A stretch of DNA of 63,857 bases, counting the filler, from Lenisia limosa (lineage: Eukaryota; Protista; Breviatea), in assembly GCA_001655205.1 (NCBI GenBank). It is 11 parts of 11 records of this genome, joined end to end, with 100 filler letters (N's around TTAATTAATTAA, not from the genome) between each part and the next. Parts side by side here need not be neighbours in the genome. Positions count along the whole stretch, not along the records: positions 11,111 to 24,471 come from LPNZ01007080.1; positions 24,572 to 26,112 come from LPNZ01001330.1; 9 more parts are not named here. One strand, written 5' to 3'. How positions within the stretch are numbered: position 1 is the stretch's first letter; the number at the start of each line of letters is the position of its first letter. The position numbers were made by a program, and so were the translations under genes. Shown piece after piece: positions 13,756-26,112 of this stretch. The notes under the pieces are model-generated. The model did no database searches, was not told where the DNA came from, and saw nothing but the letters and a program-made list of their open reading frames with translations.

Positions 13756-16700
13756 ATGGTGTTGATGAACCTATTTCTGCTCTTGGTGCTTTACGGAGCC
13801 CTTGGAAGTACACCAGTTAAGTGAGTAGGGTCAGATAAATGTGGGGGNNNNNNNNNNNNNNNNNNNNNNNNNNNNNNNNNNNNNNNNNNNNNNNNNNNNN
13901 NNNNNNNNNNNNNNNNNNNNNNNNNNNNNNNNNNNNNNNNNNNNNNNNNNNNNNNNNNNNNNNNNNNNNNNNNNNNNNNNNNNNNNNNNNNNNNNNNNNN
14001 NNNNNNNNNNNNNNNNNNNNGTTTATTATCTCTTTTAATTTTTCAAAGCTATATTACATACTCATATAATTACTATATTATAATATCTCTAGTATATAAC
14101 ATATATATACTGTACATAATATGTACAGATATAATTTCGATATAATCGCATAATATGGCCTGAGCTTTGGTTGCTTTGTTTTCACTATTCAACCAACAAA
14201 GGCTTTTTCTCTGATATTCTATTTTCACCCCCCCTGCAGCATGGATACTACAGGAGATGCCCAGATCTACCTCACCCAAGCCACCCATCCTCGTCACGCT
14301 GTTGCCTTGGTGGGTGGTGTTTCGTTCGTTCCCTCTTGTTAATTGTAGCAAGTTCATCTGTTCTTCCGACCCCCCATCATCCCCCATCACAGTTTTTCAT
14401 CGAATGCTGTTGATACTTGAGGTTTTTTGAGCACACTCATCAGACACTTCTTGTACATATCATATGTATACTACCCATTGCACATATATGACCCGACAGT
14501 AAATATGATAACATATCGTGTATTGGAGTCAATAACCTTAATACTTCCCATTCACCTTGTAGGAACAATTTGATGCGTTCAAAATCGGTTTGGTGGGTGC
14601 TTCCTTTGTGGAACTATGATCAGCTCTTATCTGATCTTTTTGTCTCATATTCCTGGAATAGTTATTCAGATTATGGCTTTGCTGACTTCATAGAGATGAA
14701 CTGCCTGGTTGGTGCTCCACCTGTATCAGAAGGAGTTTCGGTCACCGTCAATTCACGGATTTATAACTCGGATAACGTTGTCGCCGGTATTACTGTTACA
14801 GTGAGGGGCTGGCCTCAGTTGGTAAACAAGCGATTGAACAGTAATTGTCAATAAGACATTGGTGGTAGCGAAGAATCGTATCCTCACCTTTTCTCTTCTC
14901 ATTTGACGTCTTCTACCACTAATGATCCCAGGGTGCCTGTCCGGCCGGAACTGAACTGTTAGTTCCGACAACCTCCGTCACGTGCTCCTATTCCGCCGGC
15001 TGGGTGGACGGGCCAGTTTGCCTTCCCGGTATGGGGTTAATGGGGGATTGAGATCTTTGATATATTGATATGATTAGAATATCATGGGTTTCACTTTGGT
15101 TCGAGAAAAGACTAAAATTTGACAACAAAAACTCAGAAAATATTGATATTTTTTGGGCATTTTCGGAGGCCGAGAAATGTGAAACTCTCATGCATCACAA
15201 AGTATTTTTTGATACATTTATTGCCTAAAATAATTGACCGTAGTAACCTGCGACAATTCTGTGCTCGCTGATGTAACATTGACGAACTGCACTGGAGGTA
15301 AGCATATCCAATATTTGGTGTTCTCAAATGGGATGAAGCAGTATGGGTGTACTCAAATGAGATGAAGCAGTATTTGACTTTTTCTCCAGCCACCACAGCA
15401 TATGGAGAAGTCTGTGCCACCGAATGTGCTGCAGGTACACCTTCAGGTAAGTGGCACTACCACTTTCACCACTTTCATCACACACAGGTCATCCATTTCA
15501 TTTTCCCTGTCTCTTTTACATCCTTGTCATTTGGAAATGCCTTTACGTTATAGGAACGGCCACAGCCAAATGCGGGCAAAATGGATGGGTTACTGACTTT
15601 TGCTGCGGTTGGAGGGGTCAATGATATCATGGGCTTCATTTTGATTAGCCCTTATCGTATCGATATTAAGGGTTTATTTTCGGAAGCTATGGAGCCGTCT
15701 TATTGATGCAGGTGGATCCCTGACGACTTGTGGTACTTTCAATAGCTATAATCTTGGAGTGGTAGGAGGTTTTCTTGAAGAACTATTAAGACTCTTGAAA
15801 TCCGTTTCAAATGCCGAAATTCACGTTTCCAGCCAGGGTCATCAGACAACAAGTACGATGGTGCCAGTAACGACCTCGAGGCCCTCTGGGGAAGTGACAT
15901 CAAATACGTTGCGAAGAGCTACAGGGGCTTCTGCAGTATTTCTGCTGGTTTGCAGGGTATTGTTTCTTGGTGATTAATGAGACGAGACAATCATGACTCA
16001 CCTCATATTCCTCATTATCCTCACCTCATATTCCTCATTATTTTACACTTTGATTTTTTTTACTAACCACTTAGATTCCCAAATCCAATGCATTGGCTCT
16101 AACAGCCAAGAGCAGGTGGGGGGGGGGGGGTCCNNNNNNNNNNNNNNNNNNNNNNNNNNNNNNNNNNNNNNNNNNNNNNNNNNNNNNNNNNNNNNNNNNN
16201 NNNNNNNTTAAACAGGTTTTTAGATTATCTCAACTTTCACTGGGTTCGCCAAGCCAAACCTAAACAATTTATGATGTTTAGATTGTCGGACAAACCAGCA
16301 ACCCTGTATCTGTGATAGCGTCCTATAGCGGCCTCCTAAATGCTCCTATTGACTACTTTAAAGGAGGACATTACTTCTTTGGCCTATTGAGTATGAGGAT
16401 ATCCATGCGCCTTTCGGCTTTCTTTGAATCGTGGCTTCTAGTCACTTTTGGTTTGGCTATATTCGTGTCTTAGAAACGAGTTCCGTGGTGAATAGAGTGT
16501 TTGCTCTTTGCTTGCGTTTGTTTCGGAGTTCTTTTTTCAAAAGTTGAAATTTGCTCAAAATCACAACCCTCAGCCGAAGGCAAGGCCTATCTTTGGGGAC
16601 AGAACTCATATGGACAGCTCATGAGGTCGGACAAAACCTCCTCCAACATCCCGACCTTGGTGGGCTTTTGTTGGCTTGTTCCACATATTCGCCACTGACA

Positions 16701-18869
16701 CTCTGCCTTATTTCCTTTTTGAATCTCATTTGGGTGTAGTCTGAAGTGACAAACGTCGTCAAAATGGACATCCAATCATTTGCGACTGTTTTACAGAAAA
16801 GTTTGAAGATTATAAATCAGATAAGTCTCAAATTATGGCTAGGCTTGGTGTCTTGGTGCTATCCTATTTTTTTTTCATACCTCCCTGGAGTTGCCCCCCC
16901 CCCCCCNNNNNNNNNNNNNNNNNNNNNNNNNNNNNNNNNNNNNNNNNNNNNNNNNNNNNNNNNNNNNNNNNNNNNNNNAGGCGGCTACGGTGAACAGGGG
17001 TGATCGGGGTGTATTTTGCCCTTCTTTTTCTTTTTTATTCTCATAATGTATCGCTGGCAAGGGGGAGTAATAATATTGTTTCTATGACAAGGAGTGGAGA
17101 TGACAAGGAGTGGAGCAATATTGGGTTCTTAAAAGTCAAGTTTGAGTCATTTTAATAGTGTTCAGTATATGTACACACTATGCACGTCGAACCCTCATTT
17201 CCAATTAACTTTCATAGAGTCTTTGAAGGGATTTCAGTCATTGCAGTTTTACTCCACCCCTTGCCAGCTAACCTTCCTGGGGTAGGCTCTTCAATATCGT
17301 TGATAAATACACTTAAGATGTCAACTCGAAAGATGGGCAATGAACGTAACATATCACTTGGAACATCATTCCCCTTCCTTCATCCCTCTCCACCCAATTC
17401 ACGTGTTCATACCTTTGATAAAACAAATCTGAATACATTTTGTTATTGCTGAAGGGGCCTACCTCACGCCTTCAGGGCAAAGTTCCAATGTCTTATTCGG
17501 TCACACATAACTTCGGTTTTGGCGTCACTGGTTGGAAACTGTTATTGATATCGTTTGTTTGTTACACACGAGAGTGGGATGACAATCCTTTAGAGGACAA
17601 TTTTGTCTACGGAATCAGTAGTTCAGCAGGGCACCCTGCAGTCTGTTTGTCATCAGTGGTATCGTCATTTACACTGGTGGGAGTTTTACTAGGAGGTGAA
17701 AAATGTATACTAGGACTCCCCATTGCACTCAATAGAGTCCCTCATTATCCCAAGGTCAACGACGCCGCGGGGATGCAGGGCACTGTGGATGAGGTGGCAT
17801 GTGCCTACAACCAGTGCGTCTTTCGAACGAGTACGCTGGCTTTATTGCAGGAGTGAATAGCAAGTTTAAAGAAGTTTCATGATCATATTAATGTTTTGTA
17901 TTCACTTGAGAAGGGGTAAAGAACAAACTTCTTCAATTGTTTTGAATAAAATATCCTCATCCGGAAGACGTTACACCCGATATTGATGTATTCTAAAACC
18001 TTCAGACACTGGCAAATTGTTTGTGTGTGCCAGCTCCACCAGTACATTCGGGGGGTCTTCTATTAACTCAGGAATTCCGGTTGGTGGGCTGTTCTGTCAA
18101 ATTATGTGGCAGTTTTTGTTGACCATTCACTGCTCCTGTACGAGAAATTATTACTTTATCAAAAGTTAGGAGCATATTACTGCACCAGAAATAGGAGTTT
18201 TGTTATTTGTTTGGCTATATCCCTCATGTGTCATCATTCAAAATAGAGTTTTGGATTGACCCCCCCCCCCCAGGTCGATATTACTGCGGCTCTGAAGGTG
18301 GATTGCCCCGCTGGCCGGCTTAACTTCTCCTCTGACCACTACGGTTTTGCTTTCTGGGGGCGTGGGAAGGGGATTATGTACGAAAAAAATTTAATCGCTA
18401 TATCCTACATGCTTTCCTCAGTCCTGGTCCGGTTTGGCAAACACACTGTGATGCACTTTCACCTTTTCAGAGTGCCCCAACGTGTATTCGTTCTCAATTG
18501 GCGGCAATGGGGCCACGTGTGAATCCGCAGCGGCCGGGTCCACGGTTCGTGGCACTTCTTCTATAATGCATCTAATATACTATCCATACCTTCTACATGC
18601 TTGACGATTCAGCTTGTCAAGGTGAACAGCTTGCCTAGAAGTGACTACAAAAGTGTTTACGGTAGGCAAAATCGCAATGTGTACACTACCGCATTGACTT
18701 GGGATTCTTGTCACCAAATTGGTATTCCCATATTTTACATGGGAATCCCATATACTAATTATAAATCGGATGAAATTTATGGGATTGTCAAATAATACCA
18801 GGGAATCCCAACTCGATGCGCCGTAGTGTATGCCTCGTAAATGGCCACTTTGTCGGACCAAAGCCCTGA
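13756..18869 (+). CDS. Secreted protein with Cys-rich sushi/CCP-like module(s) and RCC1-like repeats
   Basis: Signal-peptide exon MVLMNLFLLLVLYGALGSTPVK|gtgagt. Spliced Cys module TCDNSVLADVTLTNCTGATTAYGEVCATECAAGTPSGTATAKCGQNGWVTDFCC. RCC1-type segments EGKAYLWGQNSYGQLMRSDKT, IKYVAKSYRGFCSISA and VDEVACAYNQCVFRT. The 3' end (CLVNGHFVGPKP*) is tentative. Confidence 0.7.
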
Positions 18870-19015
18870 CCAGGCAACAGGCAACATTCCTATTCAGTAG
18901 AATGTGTTTTTCATGGAGCTTACACTTTAGTTGGCGATACCTTCACTGTGGCCCTCCAATAGTATTTTTTTCAATATTATATACAATACAATTAGAAAGA
19001 TGTGATATGGCATAC

Positions 19016-19084
19016 AATAATCCAATATCTCTGAAAGTGATGGCGTGGACGGCTTCGGCAATACAACCTTGTTTTATTTCTCTA
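19016..19084 (+). repeat. Family C dispersed about 75-bp hairpin repeat
   Basis: aataatccaatatctctgaaagtgatggcgtggacggcttcggcaatacaaccttgttttatttctc. Located between two convergent RCC1 genes. Confidence 0.75.
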
Positions 19085-19099
19085 TATTATAGCTAAACA

Positions 19100-22000
19100 G
19101 GTAGTCAAAACTGAATTGGTCCGTACGCAGACCCAATTGCCCCCGACAAATATCCCTCTGCCAACCCCTTCCCTTGTGTAGTAACAAATTACATAATAAC
19201 ACCTCATCTCAATTCAGTGACATACTCTTAAAGTGGTGAGCTGAAGTTGCACAAATTATAATGTTACTTCCTGAGGGATTTTCCTTTCATTTAAATTGAA
19301 CCGCACAAATGGTAATATGTAGAAGGCAAATATCGATATTTCAAGCGATACGCTGACAGAAGAGTATCATATTGGCCCACCAAAAATGGAGCCGCCGCCA
19401 TTGATTGACGATATTCTCCTGCCGGCCGGGGCGGTGTAGGCCACGGTCACCATGTTTCGGGGCATGGTGGAACAAAGGGTGAACTCAGAAATGGTCGAGA
19501 CGTAGTAGGCGTCTTGGCTCTCTTCTGCGGTTCATGAATCTTCAGATAATCGTGTCAACGGCCTCTTGGGTATCATGTGTACTCGAGAATATTCTTCATA
19601 GGGTGCTCCAACCCACCTCCATAGTAATGAATGCCATAACCATTGTAGCTTCGAGCCTCAACATAATCAATCTGGGGTGTGAGACTGTTGGAGGAAGAAT
19701 GGGGTTGTATAATGCAAAATCTCATATGATGTTGATTGTCCTACTTGTCTCCAAACCTTGGTGGGGAACTTAGAAGTGATTTTATGGGGAGTGTCTTGGT
19801 CTACGGTAATGGCAGCATCACCCATTCCAACTGCTTGTCCACAGATGTAAACCTCGTGCACCCCTGCAACCTATAAACAGAACCAGTATAATACTATCCA
19901 GCAACAATAAACTGTAAATCACACCGGAAGACAGCCAAGCTTAAAAATAGGGCATTTCTGAATCCTTCTGTTATCATTACTGCTTACCCGCTTCTTCGAC
20001 TACAAAAGCGCAATTGTTGATGTTACAACTTGCCGTGACGACAGAGGTGAATGGTGATGAGTAGACGCCGGTATCAGTCTTATCGCCGTTACACAGCTGA
20101 CCGTGGTCATTACGGCCTCGGAGATACGGCTTGTTCGCGTCTAAATGGTGACCTCGTCCCCAAAGATACATAACATGTACAGCATAGAAAAATAAAAAAC
20201 CATACCATCAATGATGACAGAAACGTAATACGGAGCCTCATAGGAGACAATTTTAGATGATGGGAGCGCGAGGTCTCTTCCTTCCTGAAAAAAGGTGAAA
20301 ATGGACTTTGAAAAACAATGAACAAGCAGTCAGAAGCAAGGTTTGCTTGAAAGCCCACAATAGAAGACACAAGAGACCCAAGTTGGCCATGGAACGAGTA
20401 TCCACCCTCGAAAATGGTCCCGTCATCTGGTGCGTAAAATGGTGGAATATGACAAGAAACCGCCTCTGAAATAAAAAAAATATGATATGAACAATGTAGG
20501 TTTTTCAATATTTGTCTCAAGTGCTGCATATCCACATGACATTTCCACAAATTACACCAGATCATCGTAGAGGTATCACCACCTTCACACCATCCATGAG
20601 TACCAACCGTAAATCAAGGCACTGCAATGAACGCCCGATACGACGTCAACGACCTTTTTGACTCCTGGGTAGATCGCCTGATGTGGAAATGAAAATAGAA
20701 AAGGAAGGTCTTGTCCACTCTGCTTATAGTCGTTCAGCTTTCGCCCATGGTACAGCTATGGTGACCATGGTGTAATAGTATTATATACGATATCAAATAA
20801 TTTCGTTGACCATAATTCTTTCATTCTCCTCAGTGGTAAAATCGCTCAACCAACCGGGATGAGAGTGGATACGGTGGTGGTGCTGGTACCTTGTAGGCAT
20901 TCTTTGTAAGTGCATCGCCCCCAAACATACGGTACGTGGTCAGCTGCATTGTGAGGAAATCTCAAGGAGCGGATGGAAATACAGAATAGTGTTATCCATT
21001 ATGAAAGTTGCAATATGAAGCTTCTCATAGACCCCCCACACCCCACTCCCCCGGGGGATTCTGCATCTACTGAACAGGGATAAATGTATGACTGAAGCTA
21101 GCTGGATATCCTTTTACTTCTACTCCCATTCATTAACAAAACGATAAAAGTAGGCCCACTTGATAACGCCATGAGAGTCATGTAATTGCCCGAGATTTTA
21201 GTAAACGTAATTGTCTCATGAATGAGCTGAAAAGTTAGAGGAAATATATATTATCCTATCTGATATATACAGCAATGAGAAATAAAAAATAGGTTGTATC
21301 TCGCCGAAGCCGTCCATACCATCACGCTTATAAGATATATTGGATTATAGAAAAACATTAGTTCACTGTGCAATAATATATTATCATATAGCTAATATAA
21401 TACTAGTACGTATAGTGCATCATTCCGATCCGATCCGATCAGATCAGATCGAATCGGGTCGGATCGGTTGGGATATATAGTTTTTTTTTAGTAAAAAAAA
21501 GGTAAATTATATTAATTTTGTGTGTTTTAAAAACCAATTATACTTTCTTTTGACTTTTGTTCAATACATAACTTGTTTTAATAAACCATCTCTGTGTACT
21601 TTTAATCAAAACATACTGAGTTCGATTCCTGCTAGAGCTTTTTTGTTTTGTTTTTTGCCCAACAATATATTTGCTTTTCTTTTTTCAACTGATCCCAACA
21701 GATCCACGAATCCGGATCGGTTTAAAATATGTTCTAGATCCGAACCGATCCGGCAGTGAGTATGTATCACACATATGATATCAAACATACGAAACAATTC
21801 ATTATATATTTCGTAAGTCTGAAGAAGACCAGGTAACAACAATTGAAGCAGACAGATGAGCAGAAAAGGTGTAGTATTCCTAAAAAAACTTACAGTAGGA
21901 GTATACGTTGTTCCCGCGGGCATTAGCGAATACTCGTCCGTGCCCCATATATAGAGGTGTTCGTCTAGCAAGTAAAACGCATGATGTGATAGCATTCAAC

Positions 22001-23401
22001 TGGATACATATGCCTAACCTTCTCCAATAGCCAGTGCGACTTGTCTAGCGTACGCAGTAACAACTGGTTTAATACCTGGGGTGTCACGCTGCCAGTTATG
22101 ACACATAATAGAGCAAGATCGTTTGATTTAGAAATACAATTCAAAATGGTATGATATGATGTACTACAATATCAATAATACCCTGTCGTGGCGTAGATTT
22201 GACAACATGATATTTTCTGTCTAACAAAGGAGCTATCAAAGAAGAATCGAGCAATCCGGCCAATTCTGCCACACCAAGAAGCCTCGTACCAGAGGCCACC
22301 TCAGGAAGGGTGTAGGGCATGGACGCGGGCAGGGCCACGTCACCGGTCCCGAAGGTGCCATCGGCATTGGACCCGCAAATGTCGAACTGTCGCACTGCGA
22401 GGGTGCAAGATGAGGAAGAACATTCATTTGATTTACCAATACGTACACACAGCACTTTTTATACGTATGTATACAAAAGTGACAAAAAACCCCACAGTGC
22501 AAAATATCGCAATATACCAGCTTAGGAGTCTTTTATTATTAATAAAACCCAGGATAGTAGGGACTATTTCCTTTTACCCACAACAAAAAACCTCTCATTT
22601 CCCCACCATAGCAAGAGGGGGCCTCATCAGACCATCCATTAGCTGAATTACATGTTTGCGTTGCACTATTGAGCAAAGCGTGCTAAAACTGTGAAAGGGG
22701 TAGAAGTGGGGAACGTAATATACAATGGGATGAATTGCGAAAAGGTCCCCCCCCCCCCAAGACTAANNNNNNNNNNNNNNNNNNNNNNNNNNNNNNNNNN
22801 NNNNNNNNNNNNNNNNNNNNNNNNNNNNNNNNNNNNNNNNGAAGCAGTCTTCTCACAAACGCTTGTCAGAACTAAGTCATCTGCTGACCTGTCCAAAAAA
22901 CATGTCACTTCTAAAAAACGTCAAGTTGTTGGGCAATGGCTCATCAAACTCCTAAACCAGAATATATACTCGAAATCTAATAAAACATCGGTCTGAACCG
23001 TCCACACCACATGTTAATAAGCTGTAGGACTCCCCAATATGCCCAGTAAATGTTTCAAATGAACCACAAACTGTTTAAGGCTTCTTGGAGCGCATATATA
23101 TCGCTCTGAAAGCGTCACAGTGAAAGAATATTGCGGGGCGGTTAAGATACCTCACCAAGTAACATACCATTTTTGCGGGAGCAGATGGGTCAGTTGAGTT
23201 GGCAAGATTGCCAATAGCGACCTCATTATTGGACGTGAGCAAAATAGGGGCCGTCAAGCTTCGAGGTCAAAATGGAGTGTATGAGAGGAGGACCGATTAT
23301 AGGGAATATGGAAACCCCCTCCCCAAGCTGACACCATGATCCATATCCCCCAACCTCAAGCTGAAGAGCAACGCGAGAAAAAGTGTGATTGGTATAATCA
23401 T
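19100..23401 (-). CDS. Secreted RCC1/BLIP-II-like beta-propeller protein
   Basis: Signal-peptide exon MIIPITLFLALLFSLS. RCC1 blades: FDICGSNADGTFGTGD, EHLYIWGTDEYSLM, VPYVWGRCTYKECLQG, VVDVVSGVHCSALIY, DGTIFEGGYSFHGQLG, YLRGRNDHGQLCNGDK, HEVYICGQAVGMG. The 3' end is approximate. Confidence 0.8.
21275..21350 (-). repeat. Family C repeat
   Basis: tgagaaataaaaaataggttgtatctcgccgaagccgtccataccatcacgcttataagatatattggattatag. Confidence 0.8.
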
Positions 23402-23788
23402 TTAATCGAACATTAAAAAATCCCCTAATCCCCTTGCTGTCTGCTCTATTCTTTCTTTCTTATCCTTCTCAATTCTGTGATTCTGTCTCTCTAGCTCCTT
23501 TTCTTCCTCTTTCACCTCTTTTTCTCTTTTGAACGGTTTGATGTTTTTGATCGTTTGATCACTGGCAGGCTACGGGGTCTGTGCCCGCGGGGAGCCGTGG
23601 TAGCTTGCTTGATATACACCCCACTATTCTTTTTTAGAGAATTTAATTCCGCTCTGCCCACCTCCAAAGTAGCACAACAAAATGGCATAGAGTTGAGAGA
23701 AAGTTGCTAGATGACCCCACTTACCAATATTAATAAAAGGGTAATCAAGCACGCTAACACTGAGTCAAATCAACCATTAAATACATTT

Positions 23789-24224
23789 CTACTCTACATC
23801 TACTTCCGAAACTGTTTTCAGCACTTCTGCCCCTGCCGGTAGTTCAGCGAAAGTCACTAACGATCGAGAGGCGTTGATCTAGGAGCAGTGTTAGAATTAG
23901 GACTACGCGATTAATAAAACAATAAAAATGAATGACATTTCACATTGAACGAAAACGCCATTTTATTTTTGCTTCAGTAGATTCCCCCTTCAAAAACCCT
24001 TCTTTTCACATTTGAACATGTTCAGCTTTCAATAAAAAGCTGAACACTCAAGCACAGCTCAAGCACTATAATAAACTTCCAACATTATAATACCCTGTAA
24101 TTTTTACTATTTTTTGCCAAACCTTCGCATTGTCGTCGCCGTTTTTAGAGACGTCCACAAGGTCCTTGACCATGTCCGGAAGGATGGAAAGGGCCCATCG
24201 TCCGTCTTCCGACACCATCAAGTT
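23789..24224 (-). CDS. Two exons of an armadillo/HEAT-like helical-repeat protein, fragment
   Basis: A 102-nt exon NLMVSEDGRWALSILPDMVKDLVDVSKNGDDNAK is spliced in phase to INASRSLVTFAELPAGAEVLKTVSE. This fits an ARM-like pattern and recalls RSPH14/RTDR1 from memory (not verified). Confidence 0.45.
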
Positions 24225-24708
24225 CTGTGAAGTGAAACTGGGGGGGGGGATGATATAGTTTATGATATAGCTATTTTACGTATATTATATGCATATTATA
24301 TAATATATCATAGTATAAACATCAGATATATACTAGTTTACATATTTTATACATTATACTAGTATATATACATGTATATATATATAAAATACTATATCTA
24401 GCTATTAGTGATAGTTGGGAATCACAACCAGTTCAACAAAGGCAGGTTTCATGTAACCCCCCCCCCCCCCCNNNNNNNNNNNNNNNNNNNNNNNNNNNNN
24501 NNNNNNNNNNNNNNNTTAATTAATTAANNNNNNNNNNNNNNNNNNNNNNNNNNNNNNNNNNNNNNNNNNNNGGGGGGGGGGGTCAAATAAAGTGACAGTG
24601 ATGGTGTGGACGGCTTCTGCCAGATATTTTACTTATACCTTCCTTTAAAAATTCCATTCTATTCTAACGGCAGTCTTAAATTTCAAAAAGTTTTCCTATT
24701 ACTATATA

Positions 24709-24786
24709 CAGTGACTGGGATAAGTCCTGACCGATTTTCTAAATTAAATCGTATTACAAATCGGTCAAGACTTATCCCAGTCACTG
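24709..24786. mobile_element. Tc1/mariner-type MITE (family E), 78 bp
   Basis: TA|CAGTGACTGGGATAAGTCCTGACCGATTT...AAATCGGTCAAGACTTATCCCAGTCACTG|TA. The TIR is about 29 bp with one mismatch, has CAGTG ends, and TA on both sides. A half copy lies at about 56069-56097. Confidence 0.85.
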
Positions 24787-24934
24787 TACAAACATATGTT
24801 AGTCCTTGACCTGCAATGACAACCTGAATGGCCACCTTAACTGCCCCTCAGAACGAGATCAGCGTGCTTTGCATCGATTACATACCGTCAAATCAATTTC
24901 TAGTTGGAGGTTTCTGCTCTATAAGTCATATCTA

Positions 24935-25014
24935 GGGCTTACCTACGGTCCCAAAATAGACTGAATTTCCCTATAAATTCTCGATAAAATCGTTTTTGGA
25001 CCGCAGGGAAGCCC
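24935..25014. mobile_element. MITE family B copy (TIR GGGCTTCCCTACGGTCC)
   Basis: ta|gggcttacctacggtccc...ggaccgcagggaagccc. Related copies at about 29985-30048, 30619-30701, 36834-36908 and 48072-48140. Confidence 0.75.
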
Positions 25015-25028
25015 TTGTCATATCGTTA

Positions 25029-25118
25029 AGGCTTTACTTCGGTTCGGGAAAATATCGAAAGTTGTCGAAGATTTATCGAGACATTCGGTCTTTTTTTTTT
25101 GAACCGAAGTGAAGCCCT
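25029..25118. mobile_element. MITE family A copy (TIR GGGCTTCACTTCGGTTC)
   Basis: Ends in gaaccgaagtgaagccc; the core is the reverse complement of TCGATAAATCCTCGAAAACTATCGAT. Confidence 0.7.
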
Positions 25119-25150
25119 GCATATCATATAATACTAGTATTCAATTTAGC

Positions 25151-25267
25151 AATAATCCAATATCTCTTATAAGCGTGATGGAGTCGACGGCTTCGGCCAG
25201 ATACTATAATCCAATCTCTTACGAGTGTGATGGTGAAGACGGCTTTGGCCAGAAACAATTTCTCATC
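25151..25267 (+). repeat. Family C head-to-tail dimer
   Basis: Two units joined at ...ggccagatac|tataatccaat... Confidence 0.8.
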
Positions 25268-25906
25268 TAGTATAGTATATAATATACTATATTATTTACA
25301 TAATATATGTATATATACTGTATATCATATAGAATACAATATTTACATCTTTAACCTTCCAGAGTGTAGAAATGCTTTCCGCCTGTGATTGGACGCATGA
25401 CACGATGACTCTCCCCCACACCTACGCCGTACCCCCTTATGTAAGGCTCCATATCTAATATGGGGGGGAGGCGAGTATTGATAACAGAATAATCGAAATT
25501 TGTATGTTCCAATGTTCTACCCCCACTCCGAACTAGAAAAATAAATCGTCGAAAATTACGATAGTTTACCAGCATTTTTGGGACCATTGGGAAACCTTAG
25601 CTGTGATTTTTATGTTCTTAAAAAAACTATATAACGAAAACTTCACACCAATCCTAAAATATGTATTGTACATTTTTATTATATTCTTTACATAAAATAA
25701 CTTTTTTATATTGTTTGTTGGATAATCACATCGATATATTTCGATTGTTTACCTATTTTCGTACTGGAGTGACGCCCAAGGTATTCATCACAGCTGAGTC
25801 GCCCCTTGGTGCCCCTGTAGAGAGCAGTGTCCGTATCTTCCAATCGCCTGAGCCTACGACCACCACCGTGGGGGGTAGATGAAAGGGATTATGGGGGATT
25901 ATGGGA

Positions 25907-26002
25907 GGGCTTCACTTCAGTTCGAAAAAGACTGGCTAAATATCGATTGTTTTCAAGGATTTATCGAGACATGCAGTCTTTTTTCGAACCGAAGCGAAGC
26001 CC
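25907..26002. mobile_element. MITE family A copy
   Basis: gggcttcacttcagttcgaaaaagac...gtcttttttcgaaccgaagcgaagccc. Confidence 0.8.
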
Positions 26003-26051
26003 TCAGGGGGAGGGGATAGATGAAAGCTGAGGAGAGTTGGGGAATTATGTA

Positions 26052-26112
26052 GGGAGGGATTATGGAGGGATTATGGAGGGATTATGGAGGGATTATGGAG
26101 GGATTATGGAGG
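26052..26112 (+). repeat. 11-bp tandem repeat running into a gap
   Basis: GGAGGGATTAT x5 or more. Confidence 0.85.

Noticed and set aside
13572-13757. ORF MARFKNVPLF... as a gene start overlapping the RCC1 gene ATG
   Set aside because: It arises from the CCATGG palindrome. The plus-strand signal-peptide exon with a GTGAGT donor is much better supported.
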